Shown here piece by piece: positions 18,878 to 29,167 of a stretch of 45,435 nt of DNA. The notes under the pieces were generated by a model. That model did not search any database, was not told where the DNA came from, and saw only the letters and a list, made by a program, of their open reading frames with translations. A program made the position numbers and the translations under genes. The stretch covers positions 1 through 45,435 of the forward strand of contig JBHIAW010000003.1 in NCBI GenBank assembly GCA_046758765.1, read 5' to 3'. Numbering within the stretch: position 1 is the first letter of the stretch; each line of letters begins with the position of its first letter. The DNA is from a bacterium. Lineage in GTDB: Bacteria; Zhuqueibacterota; Zhuqueibacteria; Oceanimicrobiales; Oceanimicrobiaceae.

Positions 18878-20689
18878 ATGGAATTCGATAAGAGAACAAT
18901 TTTAGCATTTCTTCTGATAGGCCTGATTTTTGTTATTATGTCTACTGATTATTACAAAAGATTGGTTCAGCCCACTAAAAAGGTCATACCTAAAGAGGAA
19001 ATTGAAAAAGAAGTTGTTGCTAAAGATAAAGGTTTAGAACCGTCAGAAGAGGAGCCGGCTTACCCGTTGGAGGCTCCGGCGGGGAGTGTTTCGCGCGCAA
19101 AAGAAAAAAAGGGCGATCTGTTGGAAGAGGCGCACAAATATTCACAATTGTTGGGAGCCGGAGAAACCGTAACCGTTGAAACGAATTTGTACAAGGCCAT
19201 GTTATCAACGCAAGGCGCCACGCTTCGCTCCTGGACGTTAAGAAATTATATAGCTGCCGACAGCTCGCAGGTGCAGCTTATTGGTGAAGATGGTTTTGGA
19301 AATCTTGCTCTTCTTGTGCCAACTTTTGAAGACACGATTGATACCAGCCCATTTGTCTTTTCCGTTAATAAACATAAGATAGTCTTAGGCGATCGAAATG
19401 TCAGCGATCAACTCGAATTTGAATTGAATCTCGGTGAGAACAGAAGCATCAAGAAGATATTCACATTTTATCAAGATAGATATTCGGTGGACTTGAAAGT
19501 TGAACTTCATAACTTCGACAGAATTGTCGAGGGTTTTCGTTATTATCTGATTTGGCGCACGGGACTGAGATCGACTGAGCACAATTTTGTGGATGATATG
19601 AACAATGCTCATGGCTATGCACTGCAGGGAGACTTAGAAAAATTTGATGCGAAAGACAAATACAAATCTTTGGATGATCCGACAGATTGGGTGGCCATTA
19701 GAACAAAATATTTTTCTGTGGTAGTGATTCCTGAGGAGGTGAAGGCAGAGGCTGTTAATTATTATGGTGAACAGATCCCTGTAAGTGAGAAGAAGAAGTG
19801 GAAAAAATACGGGTTTGATTTACAGATGCCGTTTTATGATGAACCGAAGAATGTGAATAATTTTACTCTGTACGTAGGACCACTGGATTATGACATATTG
19901 AAGAGCTACCAGGTTCAGTTAGAAAAGATGATGAGCTTTGGATGGGCGCCAATTCGACCATTTGCGAAATTTGTGTTGTGGAGCTTCAAGGAGATGCACA
20001 AAGTCATTCCGAATTACGGGTGGGTGATCGTTGTCTTTTCAATTCTTATAAAATTAGTCCTTTATCCCTTAACCCGGAAAAGTTATAAGTCAATGAAGGA
20101 AATGCAGGCTCTACAACCTGAAATGCAAAAGTTAAACGAGAAATATAAAAATGAACCGCAAAAAAAACAGCAAGAGCTCATGAAGCTGTACAAGGAGCAT
20201 GGTGTAAATCCTTTAGGTGGCTGCATACCAATGCTTTTGCAAATGCCTCTTCTAATAGCTCTTTTTAATGTTTTTCGTTCTACTATACAATTGCGCGGAG
20301 CTCATTTTATCTGGTGGATACAAGACCTATCGCGTCCAGATACAGTAGCCACGCTTCCCTTTTCTCTACCACTTTACGGAAATTTGGTGAACATTCTTCC
20401 ACTCTTTATGGGTATCACGATGTTCGTTCAGCAAAAAATTTCTATGAAAGATCCAAAGCAAAAGGCGATGATCTATTTTATGCCAGTTTTTTTCACGTTA
20501 CTTTTTAATAGTTTTCCGTCTGGATTGAATCTATATTACGCGTTATTTAATCTATTCTCAATTTTTCAAGAGAAATTGATACCTTATCATCCCAAGAGTG
20601 ACAATGCTGCAAAAACTGGAAAAGCGAAGGTTGAGAAAAGAAATGCGTTCAGATACAATTATTACAGAAGGAAACTTAAGAAGTTTTAG
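18878..20689 (+). CDS. yidC: Membrane protein insertase YidC
   Basis: N-terminal TM, a large periplasmic domain, NYGWVIV, LYPLT.KSYKSM, NPLGGCIPMLLQMP, WIQDLSRPD and PSGLNLYY. Confidence 0.97.
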   Translation: MEFDKRTILAFLLIGLIFVIMSTDYYKRLVQPTKKVIPKEEIEKEVVAKDKGLEPSEEEPAYPLEAPAGSVSRAKEKKGDLLEEAHKYSQLLGAGETVTVETNLYKAMLSTQGATLRSWTLRNYIAADSSQVQLIGEDGFGNLALLVPTFEDTIDTSPFVFSVNKHKIVLGDRNVSDQLEFELNLGENRSIKKIFTFYQDRYSVDLKVELHNFDRIVEGFRYYLIWRTGLRSTEHNFVDDMNNAHGYALQGDLEKFDAKDKYKSLDDPTDWVAIRTKYFSVVVIPEEVKAEAVNYYGEQIPVSEKKKWKKYGFDLQMPFYDEPKNVNNFTLYVGPLDYDILKSYQVQLEKMMSFGWAPIRPFAKFVLWSFKEMHKVIPNYGWVIVVFSILIKLVLYPLTRKSYKSMKEMQALQPEMQKLNEKYKNEPQKKQQELMKLYKEHGVNPLGGCIPMLLQMPLLIALFNVFRSTIQLRGAHFIWWIQDLSRPDTVATLPFSLPLYGNLVNILPLFMGITMFVQQKISMKDPKQKAMIYFMPVFFTLLFNSFPSGLNLYYALFNLFSIFQEKLIPYHPKSDNAAKTGKAKVEKRNAFRYNYYRRKLKKF

Positions 20690-20738
20690 ACTAATAGTAG
20701 ATAGAATTAGCACACTCTGAGATTAAGTAATTTTTTTG

Positions 20739-20769
20739 AGCCCTGCCGTTTGCGTAGGGCTGTTTTTTT
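20739..20769 (+). terminator. Rho-independent terminator after yidC
   Basis: Stem AGCCCTGC/GTAGGGCT (one G-U pair) with a 7-nt loop, followed by GTTTTTTT. Confidence 0.75.
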
Positions 20770-20787
20770 AAGAGTGCAAAAGTTCTT

Positions 20788-22236
20788 ATGTATAATCAAG
20801 AAGATACAATTGTGGCTATTTCTACACCTTTAGGAGCCGGAGGTATTGCAGTCGTGCGTCTAAGTGGTCCTTCAGCGATCTCTATTGTGGAGCCGATATT
20901 CCGGGGTAAGGTTCGGCTTTTGCAAGCAGAATCGCACAAAGCGTACTGGGGAAGAATAGTGATGCCATCAAAAGATGAGGAAGGAAAGTCTTCGGAAAAG
21001 AGTAAGCCAGGTGGCGAATTCTTAGACGAGGTGGTTGTAACCATATTCCGGACCCCCAATTCCTACACTAAAGAAGATATTGTGGAAATAAGCTGCCATG
21101 GTGGACAATTTCTAAGCCGTAAAATCTTAGAACTACTGTTGGACCTTGGAGCGAGATTGGCTCAACCGGGCGAGTTTACCCAAAGAGCCTTTTTGAATGG
21201 ACGTTTTGATCTTTCGCAAGCTGAAGCAGTTGCGGATATAATTCATGCAAAAACAGAATGGAGTTTGAAAACCGCTCTTTCCCAATATCAGGGTGCTCTT
21301 TCGCGCAACGTTGAGAATATTCGTCAAAGTCTTATAGAAATCTGTTCTCTATTGGAGCTTGAATTAGATTTTGCGGACGAGGACGTAGAATTTGCAGATA
21401 GAGGGGAGATTGAGCAAAAGTTAAAGAGGACCGCCGAAGATATAAAAGCATTTCTTTGTACATACGAGCGTGGAAAAATTTTGCGTGAAGGGGCGAAAGT
21501 CGTGATTGTCGGTAAGCCGAATGTTGGGAAGTCCAGCTTGTTGAATGCTCTGCTAAAAGAGGAAAGAGCGATTGTGACAGAAGTGCCTGGAACGACTCGG
21601 GATGTTCTGGAAGAGCAAATAGATATTCGAGGAGTGTTGTTCAGGTTGGTGGATACGGCTGGAATTTGCAAGTCGGGCGATAAAGTGGAACAGGAAGGCG
21701 TGCGCAGAGCAGAAAGTCAGATAAAAGAGGCGGATATCATACTTTTTGTTTTTGACGGCTCATCGCTACTAACCACTCATGATTTTGAACTAATCAATCA
21801 GGTGTTTACCATAAGAAAGCCTCGCAGAGAGAGTCAGAACGGTTTTGTGGGTTTGATCAATAAGATAGATCTTGAACGAAAATTGGGACGAGAGGCGTTG
21901 AAGAAACAATTAGGCGGCTATCGAATCTTAGAAATATCTGCCAAGGAACATTTGGGATTCCGGGAACTCGAAGACACACTTATAAAGTTGGTTTTGGGAA
22001 ACCAAGGCTTTTCTCAAGACGAAGCCATATTGACTAATGTGCGTCACAAACAGGCACTAAACTTAGCGCTTACGTCGCTGGAGGCAGCGCTTAATTCCTT
22101 CGTGCATGGATTGTCGTCAGAGTTTGTGGCCTTAGATTTGAGAGCGGCCTTGGATCACTTAGGAGAAGTGATTGGGGTGGTCACAACGGAAGACATACTA
22201 AGTAATGTATTTTCAAATTTTTGTATAGGGAAATAA
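20788..22236 (+). CDS. mnmE: tRNA modification GTPase MnmE (TrmE)
   Basis: DTIVAISTP.G.GGIAVVRLSG, GEFTQRAFLNG, GKPNVGKSSL, GTTRD, DTAG, NKID and C-terminal FCIGK. Confidence 0.98.
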   Translation: MYNQEDTIVAISTPLGAGGIAVVRLSGPSAISIVEPIFRGKVRLLQAESHKAYWGRIVMPSKDEEGKSSEKSKPGGEFLDEVVVTIFRTPNSYTKEDIVEISCHGGQFLSRKILELLLDLGARLAQPGEFTQRAFLNGRFDLSQAEAVADIIHAKTEWSLKTALSQYQGALSRNVENIRQSLIEICSLLELELDFADEDVEFADRGEIEQKLKRTAEDIKAFLCTYERGKILREGAKVVIVGKPNVGKSSLLNALLKEERAIVTEVPGTTRDVLEEQIDIRGVLFRLVDTAGICKSGDKVEQEGVRRAESQIKEADIILFVFDGSSLLTTHDFELINQVFTIRKPRRESQNGFVGLINKIDLERKLGREALKKQLGGYRILEISAKEHLGFRELEDTLIKLVLGNQGFSQDEAILTNVRHKQALNLALTSLEAALNSFVHGLSSEFVALDLRAALDHLGEVIGVVTTEDILSNVFSNFCIGK

Positions 22237-22240
22237 GATA

Positions 22241-22256
22241 TGTTTCACGTGAAACT
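22241..22256. promoter_or_regulatory. parS centromere-like site (15/16 match)
   Basis: TGTTTCACGTGAAACT versus consensus TGTTTCACGTGAAACA, in the mnmE-mnmG intergenic region. Confidence 0.88.
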
Positions 22257-22300
22257 ATCGAACTTTCAGCTTCATGCTTCGAATCTAGGGAAGCAGTTGT

Positions 22301-24211
22301 ATGCCAAGTGACATATACGATGTTGTGGTTGTGGGCGGCGGACATGCCGGCACAGAAGCGGCCTTGGCTTCTGCCAGAATGGGAGCCAAAACCATGCTGC
22401 TAACCATGAACCTTTTTACCATCGGTCAGATGTCCTGCAATCCTGCTATCGGAGGATTAGCTAAAGGCCAACTGGTGCGGGAAATCGATGCCTTGGGAGG
22501 CGAGATGGGTCTGGCCACAGATGATGCCGGCATTCAGTTTCGGATGCTCAATCGCTCCAAAGGCCCAGCCGTATGGTCTCCGAGAGCGCAATGTGACAGA
22601 GCGTTTTATGCAGCAAGAATTCGTCAAGCCTGTGAAAAACAAGAAAACTTGGACTTACGCCAGGGCATGGGGATAGGGCTTGTAATAGAGAATAGCAAAG
22701 TTTGTGGCGTACGCACCGAAACTGGGAGTGTGATAGAGGCCCAAGCAGTGATTTTAACCGCCGGGACGTTTCTTAATGGGATAATCCATATAGGCGAAGT
22801 TAAATATTCGGCCGGTCGTGCTGGCGAGTTCGCAGCCCAAGGCTTGACCGAATGCTTGGTGGAACTGGGTTTTGAGGCTGGACGATTAAAAACAGGCACA
22901 CCACCCCGAGTTGATGGAACCACCATCGATTTTTCCAAAACAGTGGCTCAACCAGGAGATGAGAATCCTGTACCATTTTCTTTTCGACATGATAAGCTCG
23001 AGGTAGCTCAGCTTCCCTGTTATTTGACTTACACTAACACAAGAACTCATGATATTTTGCGTACAGGATTTGACCGTTCGCCCATGTTTACCGGCAGGAT
23101 AAAAGGGGTTGGGCCTCGCTATTGTCCATCCATCGAAGATAAGATTAACCGCTTCGCTGATAAAGACCGCCATCAAATATTTTTAGAGCCAGAGGGCAGA
23201 AACACCACAGAGTATTACGTCAATGGGTTTTCAACCAGTCTACCCGAGGAAGTGCAATTAGAAGGTATTCGAACCATTCACGGCTTGGAAAAAGTCAAAG
23301 TGACTCGTCTGGGGTATGCCGTCGAATACGATTTTTTTCCGCCGATACAGATAAAAGCTAATACGGAAACCAAACGCATTAGCAATTTATTTTTCGCCGG
23401 ACAGATAAATGGGACTACAGGCTATGAAGAGGCTGCTTGTCAAGGCTTTATGGCTGGGGTGAATGCGGTCTTGAAAATTCGAGGACAAGAGCCATTTGTG
23501 TTGGACCGTACCGAAGCTTACATTGGGGTCTTAATAGACGATTTAGTTACAAAGGGTACCATTGAACCATACCGGATGTTTACCTCCAGAGCGGAACACA
23601 GGCTTATTCTTCGCCAAGACAATGCAGATCTTCGTCTGATGGATTACGGATATCGTTTGGGTCTGATTGCGTCAGAGGGTTATCAGAAATTAAGCTTGAA
23701 GCGGAAAAGAATGCAACAGGCTTTAGAGGAGCTCAAGAAAGTTAGGGTTCACCCCGACGACATTAATCCCATTCTTAACAGACTGGGTTCATCGCCGATT
23801 ACGGAAAAAGAAAGTTTGTACAATTTGCTAAAAAGGCCAGAAGTTCCTATATTCCAATTAAGAGGGGTTAATGGGTTAGATGCTCTCAGTCATTGGGGAG
23901 AGAAAGCTTGGGAGGAAGTCCGCGAACAGGTGGATATTGAGATCAAATATGAAGGATTTATCCGTCGGCAAAATGAGCAAGCTGAGCGAGTGCGGCAATT
24001 GGATTCGAAGCCGATCCCCAAGGGATTTGATTTTTTATCTATTGACACCTTATCTGCTGAAGCGCGAGAAAAACTACACAAGATTCAACCACGAACCATT
24101 GGTCAGGCATCAAGGATTTCTGGAGTATCGCCAGCGGATATCTCTATTCTTCTCATCCACTTAACTCGACAATCTTATGGCAATGTTTCACGTGAAACAC
24201 AGCGAATATGA
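22301..24211 (+). CDS. mnmG: tRNA uridine 5-carboxymethylaminomethyl modification enzyme MnmG (GidA)
   Basis: VVGGGHAG.EAA, MSCNPAIGG, RLKTGTPPR, GPRYCPSIEDK, AGQINGTTGYEEAA and EPYRMFTSRAE. Confidence 0.99.
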   Translation: MPSDIYDVVVVGGGHAGTEAALASARMGAKTMLLTMNLFTIGQMSCNPAIGGLAKGQLVREIDALGGEMGLATDDAGIQFRMLNRSKGPAVWSPRAQCDRAFYAARIRQACEKQENLDLRQGMGIGLVIENSKVCGVRTETGSVIEAQAVILTAGTFLNGIIHIGEVKYSAGRAGEFAAQGLTECLVELGFEAGRLKTGTPPRVDGTTIDFSKTVAQPGDENPVPFSFRHDKLEVAQLPCYLTYTNTRTHDILRTGFDRSPMFTGRIKGVGPRYCPSIEDKINRFADKDRHQIFLEPEGRNTTEYYVNGFSTSLPEEVQLEGIRTIHGLEKVKVTRLGYAVEYDFFPPIQIKANTETKRISNLFFAGQINGTTGYEEAACQGFMAGVNAVLKIRGQEPFVLDRTEAYIGVLIDDLVTKGTIEPYRMFTSRAEHRLILRQDNADLRLMDYGYRLGLIASEGYQKLSLKRKRMQQALEELKKVRVHPDDINPILNRLGSSPITEKESLYNLLKRPEVPIFQLRGVNGLDALSHWGEKAWEEVREQVDIEIKYEGFIRRQNEQAERVRQLDSKPIPKGFDFLSIDTLSAEAREKLHKIQPRTIGQASRISGVSPADISILLIHLTRQSYGNVSRETQRI

Positions 24212-24908
24212 AAAAGAAAAAGGATTTGAAAAAGACCTCTTGCCCCAATTAGTCGTTCAATTGCATGATGTAGGCATCAATTTGTCTGACTGTCAGCAGA
24301 ATCAGTTTAGAATTTATTATCATGAAATTCTGAAGTGGAATGAGAAAGTCAATTTAATTTCAAAAAAAGACGAAAGTAAAATCATTGAAAGGCATTTCTT
24401 AGAATCATCTGCAATTGCTCTTTTTGATGTTTTTCGAAAAGGGCTTTTTGTCTTGGATTTAGGCTCGGGGGGAGGGTTTCCCGGCGTGCCTCTGAAAATT
24501 GTTCGTCCGGATTTGTCTATCACTTTGCTGGATTCAAAGAGGATGAAAATACTTTTCTTAAGAAGTCTGGTAGAAAAATTGAATCTGAAAGATGTAGATT
24601 TTATATGTGAACGGGCCGAGGAGGCAGGCTTGAAACATAAATTGAGAAAGAATTTTGATATTGTTACGAGTCGGGCGGTTGCGGCTCTTCCGAGACTTTA
24701 TCAATGGGCACAACCGTTTCTCAAAACACATGGTCTGCTCATAGCCATTAAAGGCTCAAATGTGGCAAAGGAAATTCAAGAATTGAAGCTGCAGTTTCCA
24801 GAGGTGCCCTACGAAATAAGATCCCTCCCTCTACAAACTTTAAGCAGAACAAATAAAGCAAGGATAGTATTTGTTTATCCAGTGGGGCCATTGCATGTTA
24901 GTAGATAA
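24177..24908 (+). CDS. rsmG: 16S rRNA m7G527 methyltransferase RsmG (GidB); exact start uncertain
   Basis: WNEKVNLIS, RHFLES, DLGSGGGFPG.PL, LLDS..K, RAEE, SRAVA and KG. Confidence 0.95.
   Translation: MAMFHVKHSEYEKEKGFEKDLLPQLVVQLHDVGINLSDCQQNQFRIYYHEILKWNEKVNLISKKDESKIIERHFLESSAIALFDVFRKGLFVLDLGSGGGFPGVPLKIVRPDLSITLLDSKRMKILFLRSLVEKLNLKDVDFICERAEEAGLKHKLRKNFDIVTSRAVAALPRLYQWAQPFLKTHGLLIAIKGSNVAKEIQELKLQFPEVPYEIRSLPLQTLSRTNKARIVFVYPVGPLHVSR
24184..24199. promoter_or_regulatory. parS site (perfect 16-bp palindrome)
   Basis: TGTTTCACGTGAAACA within the mnmG/rsmG overlap. Confidence 0.92.
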
Positions 24909-27900
24909 GATAAAAGAGAAGATTCTGAGTACCCCCTCTTTGGGTAAAGTCAGGAATTTACTTCTACAGGAAGGAGAGGTAAATATCAAAGGTGTTTTTG
25001 GCTCACTGAAATCAATCCTCTTGGTTAATCTTTTTGAACAATATTCGAGCCAAATTCTTTATGTCCACCCCGATTTGGAGGAAGCTGAGACGGTCAAAGA
25101 AGACGTGGAATTGTTTTTGGGTCCAGAAAGAGTGCGATTTATTTCTGCAACACAACTTCACCAATTGGGATGGCACTACTCAAATCAATGGCAAAAAGCG
25201 TCGCAGCAGTTTGCTTTGGAATCGCTTGCAGAAGGCAAAGATATGATCTTAATTGCGCATGCGCCAAGCCTGTTGTGGAAATTGCCATATTCTAATAATT
25301 TTCGAAAGCAGAAGCTTTCAGTAAATGTTGGGGAAGACTTAGATTTCCAACAAACAATCCGCCGGTTAGCAGAGTTAGGGTTTGCGCGTGAAGAGCTGGT
25401 GGAAAGTCCCGGCGAAATGAGCGTCCGAGGGGGCATAATTGATGTATTTCCCTACTCTAACGAGTACCCGATCCGTATTGAGTTTTGGGGGGATCGGGTT
25501 GAATCCTTACGTGAATTTGATCCCCTGACTCAAAGATCTAAAAGGCAAATTGAGCATATTCACGTATATCCACAAGAACTTGATGAGGACATTGCAGAAG
25601 AATCTTTAAAGAATCATACTCTGCTCGACTATCTTAAGAATGAGGCCGTTGTGGTTTTGGACGAACCAGAACTTATTCGCAAAAATATTGATCCAAACCT
25701 CGTTGAACTAAAGCATGATTATTATGAAGGGTTTGACTATCAAGCTAAATCCACAAACGAATCAATTTGGACCAGACTTACAGAGAAAATTGACAAATTT
25801 CGGAAGGTAAGTTTTGTTTCATTTGGTGCAACAAATGCCAATTTGATCGATCTTAAGGCGCGAAATCAGGAAGTTTTTAGGGGCAATTTTAAACAATTTA
25901 AGGGCACTATCGAAAGACTTAATCGAGAAAAACTAAACGGGCACAAACAACCACCTACAATTTTATTCCTCTGCGACAACCAGAATCAAGCCTTTCGATT
26001 AGATGAAATATTTGCTGAAGAAGGTATTTCGGTGCCTAATCTCACTATTGGCACTTTAGGACTTCATAGGGGATTTATTTTTCCTGAAGGGAATTTGGCC
26101 ATATTTACGGATCATCAATTCTTTGGCCGAACGAAGAGACTTCGGCTTCCTCGAAGGATTCATCGAGGTCTTTCAACACGCCAGTTGAAATCTTTGAATA
26201 TTGGGGACTATGTGGTACATGTAGATTTTGGTATAGGCGTTTTTAAGGGATTGGAAAAAATAACCATCCGAAGACATGAAAGGGAGTGTATTCATTTGGA
26301 GTACCGGGATGGAGACAAAGTGTATGTGCCCATTGAACGGATGGATCGGGTTCATAAATATTCAGCAAAAGAGGGAATGAAACCAGCGCTTAGCAAGTTA
26401 GGAGCACCTAATTGGCAGAGACTAAAAAATAAGACTAAAAAGAAGATAAAAGATATCGCTCAAGAATTAATTGATATTTATGCCAAACGGAAAGCCCAAG
26501 CTGGACATGCTTTTTCTGAGGATGCCCTTTGGCAGCGGGAACTGGAGGCTTCTTTTCCCTATGAAGACACCCCGGACCAAATAAGAGCTACAATAGAAGT
26601 AAAACAAGACATGGAAAGTTCAAGACCGATGGACCGTTTAGTCTGTGGAGATGTGGGATATGGTAAGACTGAGGTGGCTGTACGTGCGGCTTTTAAAGCG
26701 GTCATGAGTGGAAAACAAGTGGCCATGCTTGTGCCAACGACCATTTTGGCCTATCAACATTACATGACTTTCCGAGAGCGATTAGAAAAATTCCCTGTGG
26801 AAATTGAGATGCTTTCCAGATTCCGGAGCACAGCGGAACAGAAAAGAATAGTAGAGAAATTGAAAAATGGGCAAATTGACATCGTGATTGGTACTCATCG
26901 TCTGTTATCCAAGGACGTCGCCTTCAAGGACCTTGGGCTATTGATAATTGATGAGGAGCAGCGATTCGGGGTACGCCACAAAGAACGACTGAAGCGTTTT
27001 AGAGCGACCATTGACATATTGACCCTCACAGCTACGCCTATCCCGCGAACCCTTTATCTTTCTTTGATGGGAGCCAGGGATATGACCAACATCGATACGC
27101 CTCCCAAGAATCGTCTTCCTATTGTCACTGAGATATTAACGTTCAATAAATCTTTCCTTCGAGAAGTGATCCTACGAGAATTAGAACGGGGAGGGCAGGT
27201 CTTTTTTGTGCATAATCGTATTCACTCCATTGATCGCGTTGCCAGCATGATAAGCAGCTTAATTCCAGAAGCGCATGTAGCAGTGGCCCATGGTCAGATG
27301 CATGAGAAGGATCTTGAACAGGTTATGATAGATTTTATGGACCGCAAATACCAAATCCTTGTTTCCACCATGATCATCGAATCTGGATTAGATATGCCAA
27401 ACGTTAACACTATCATAATAAATAGAGCTGATAAATTTGGACTGGCGCAGCTTTATCAACTTCGTGGTCGTGTTGGGCGGTCTCACCATCGGGCCTACGC
27501 TTATTTACTCATTCCTCCAATTGAGACTCTCACGGATGAAGCTTTGAAGCGACTGCAAGCCATTGAAGAATTCTCAGAATTAGGCTCTGGCAGTCAACTT
27601 GCAATGCGCGATTTGGAGATTCGTGGGGCGGGGAATTTATTAGGAGCTGAGCAAACGGGGTTCATCGATGCTTTAGGATTTGATCTCTACAACAAAATTG
27701 TAGACGAGGCGGTGCAGGAACTTAAGTCGGAAAAGATGCCCCTTGAAGAAACAGCTCCGCACATCGAGACTCAAATAGATATTGATTTGGATGCTTATCT
27801 TCCAGAAAATTACGTAGAAATAGCATCTGAGAGGGTGAATATTTACCGCCGGTTGACGGAAACAAAAAATATGGAGGAGATCGATGAGATTCGATTAGAA

Positions 27901-28254
27901 TTAGTTGACAGGTTTGGAAGGCTTCCTGAGTCAGTTGAAAACTTGCTTGGTTTTGTATCTTTAAGAATTCTTGGAGCAAAGCTTGGATTAAGAAATATTA
28001 GCGTTAACGGAGAAAATGTGCAAGCGGTGTTCGGACCCCATCTATTAAAAGATGATGGGGAACCATTTAAAAAGTGGATAGGTTCAATGGTGGAAAATGC
28101 TTCTAGACCTTTTGAGTTTTTTCAAAATGATGGCTTAGGGATCCGGATGAAAATAGAATCAATCGATGATAATAAGCTTCTGGAAATTAGAAGTTTCTTA
28201 GAAAGTTTATTAAAGGCCAATAAATCATATTCTAAATGTTTGCTCACTAAATAA
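24895..28254 (+). CDS. mfd: Transcription-repair coupling factor Mfd
   Basis: RGGIIDVFP, CarD-like GDYVVH..GIG.F.G, DRLVCGDVGYGKTEVA, DEEQRFGV, TATPIPRTL, QLRGRVGRS and DLEIRGAGNLLG. The start is moved to ATG 24895. Confidence 0.98.
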   Translation: MLVDKIKEKILSTPSLGKVRNLLLQEGEVNIKGVFGSLKSILLVNLFEQYSSQILYVHPDLEEAETVKEDVELFLGPERVRFISATQLHQLGWHYSNQWQKASQQFALESLAEGKDMILIAHAPSLLWKLPYSNNFRKQKLSVNVGEDLDFQQTIRRLAELGFAREELVESPGEMSVRGGIIDVFPYSNEYPIRIEFWGDRVESLREFDPLTQRSKRQIEHIHVYPQELDEDIAEESLKNHTLLDYLKNEAVVVLDEPELIRKNIDPNLVELKHDYYEGFDYQAKSTNESIWTRLTEKIDKFRKVSFVSFGATNANLIDLKARNQEVFRGNFKQFKGTIERLNREKLNGHKQPPTILFLCDNQNQAFRLDEIFAEEGISVPNLTIGTLGLHRGFIFPEGNLAIFTDHQFFGRTKRLRLPRRIHRGLSTRQLKSLNIGDYVVHVDFGIGVFKGLEKITIRRHERECIHLEYRDGDKVYVPIERMDRVHKYSAKEGMKPALSKLGAPNWQRLKNKTKKKIKDIAQELIDIYAKRKAQAGHAFSEDALWQRELEASFPYEDTPDQIRATIEVKQDMESSRPMDRLVCGDVGYGKTEVAVRAAFKAVMSGKQVAMLVPTTILAYQHYMTFRERLEKFPVEIEMLSRFRSTAEQKRIVEKLKNGQIDIVIGTHRLLSKDVAFKDLGLLIIDEEQRFGVRHKERLKRFRATIDILTLTATPIPRTLYLSLMGARDMTNIDTPPKNRLPIVTEILTFNKSFLREVILRELERGGQVFFVHNRIHSIDRVASMISSLIPEAHVAVAHGQMHEKDLEQVMIDFMDRKYQILVSTMIIESGLDMPNVNTIIINRADKFGLAQLYQLRGRVGRSHHRAYAYLLIPPIETLTDEALKRLQAIEEFSELGSGSQLAMRDLEIRGAGNLLGAEQTGFIDALGFDLYNKIVDEAVQELKSEKMPLEETAPHIETQIDIDLDAYLPENYVEIASERVNIYRRLTETKNMEEIDEIRLELVDRFGRLPESVENLLGFVSLRILGAKLGLRNISVNGENVQAVFGPHLLKDDGEPFKKWIGSMVENASRPFEFFQNDGLGIRMKIESIDDNKLLEIRSFLESLLKANKSYSKCLLTK

Positions 28255-28270
28255 ACATAAAGTTAATAAC

Positions 28271-29152
28271 ATGCATAACATGTTGTCTTTTAAGAGGTTA
28301 AAGATGCCCCTGTTTCTTGGATTTTTCATTCTCACATGCTTGGGCTGTAATAATCTTGAAAAAGAAGAAAAGCAGGTATTGGCAAAAGTCGGGAAAGAGA
28401 CCCTAACCCTTGAAGAAGTAATGGCTGAGATACCGAAGGAAATTCGTTCCAATCTCTCTTCATCTGACATTCGGGAGTATGTCCGGAGATGGATAAATAA
28501 TCAGGTGCTTTATCAAGAAGCTCGACGGCAGAAGTTAGACGAAAGAATTGATCTGCAAAAAGAATTCGAAAAACTTAAAAAAGAACTTCTTATTAACAAA
28601 CTCATAGAAGTTGAGTTAGACAATGAGGTAACTGCGACCGACGAAGAAATCCAAGCCTATTTTGATTCTAACAAAGATAGTTTTGTTTTAACCGAAGACG
28701 TCGTTCATGCTTATCATATTTTAGTTAAAACTCAGAAGGAAGCCAATGCAATAAGAAAAAGGCTTAGGAGTGGTGAGACGTTCGAGGCATTGAGTAAAGA
28801 GGTCAATAGTGATTCCGACACAAATGCTTGGGATTTAGGTTATTTTTCAAGAGATGAAGTTATTCCTCAAATCTCCAAGGTTGTGTTTAATATGCCAATC
28901 GGAGCGCTTTCCTTTCCCATAAAATCGGATTTCGGTTATCATATCTTAAGGTTAGTAGATAAACAAAATAAAGGTGATATAAAGAAATTTGAGACAGTTG
29001 TTGAAGAAATTAGGCTCAAATTAGAAGCCCAAAAGAAGCAGGAGCGATTTCATCGCTTTCTATTGCAAATGAAAAGTAAAACCATAATTGAAACTAATTT
29101 TACGTTATTGGACTCTGTTACTTTGGATTCTTCAACTCATGTTGCGGAATAA
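28271..29152 (+). CDS. Parvulin-type peptidyl-prolyl isomerase lipoprotein (PrsA/SurA-like)
   Basis: Lipobox-like LTCLGC, LAKVG...LT, HILV, G..F..L, WDLGYF and SDFGYHIL. Confidence 0.85.
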   Translation: MHNMLSFKRLKMPLFLGFFILTCLGCNNLEKEEKQVLAKVGKETLTLEEVMAEIPKEIRSNLSSSDIREYVRRWINNQVLYQEARRQKLDERIDLQKEFEKLKKELLINKLIEVELDNEVTATDEEIQAYFDSNKDSFVLTEDVVHAYHILVKTQKEANAIRKRLRSGETFEALSKEVNSDSDTNAWDLGYFSRDEVIPQISKVVFNMPIGALSFPIKSDFGYHILRLVDKQNKGDIKKFETVVEEIRLKLEAQKKQERFHRFLLQMKSKTIIETNFTLLDSVTLDSSTHVAE

Positions 29153-29167
29153 AAAAAGGTGGTGTTT

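Noticed and set aside
22221-22403. 60-aa ORF containing VSRET
   Set aside because: VSRET is simply the translated parS palindrome, and the ORF overlaps mnmE and mnmG out of frame.
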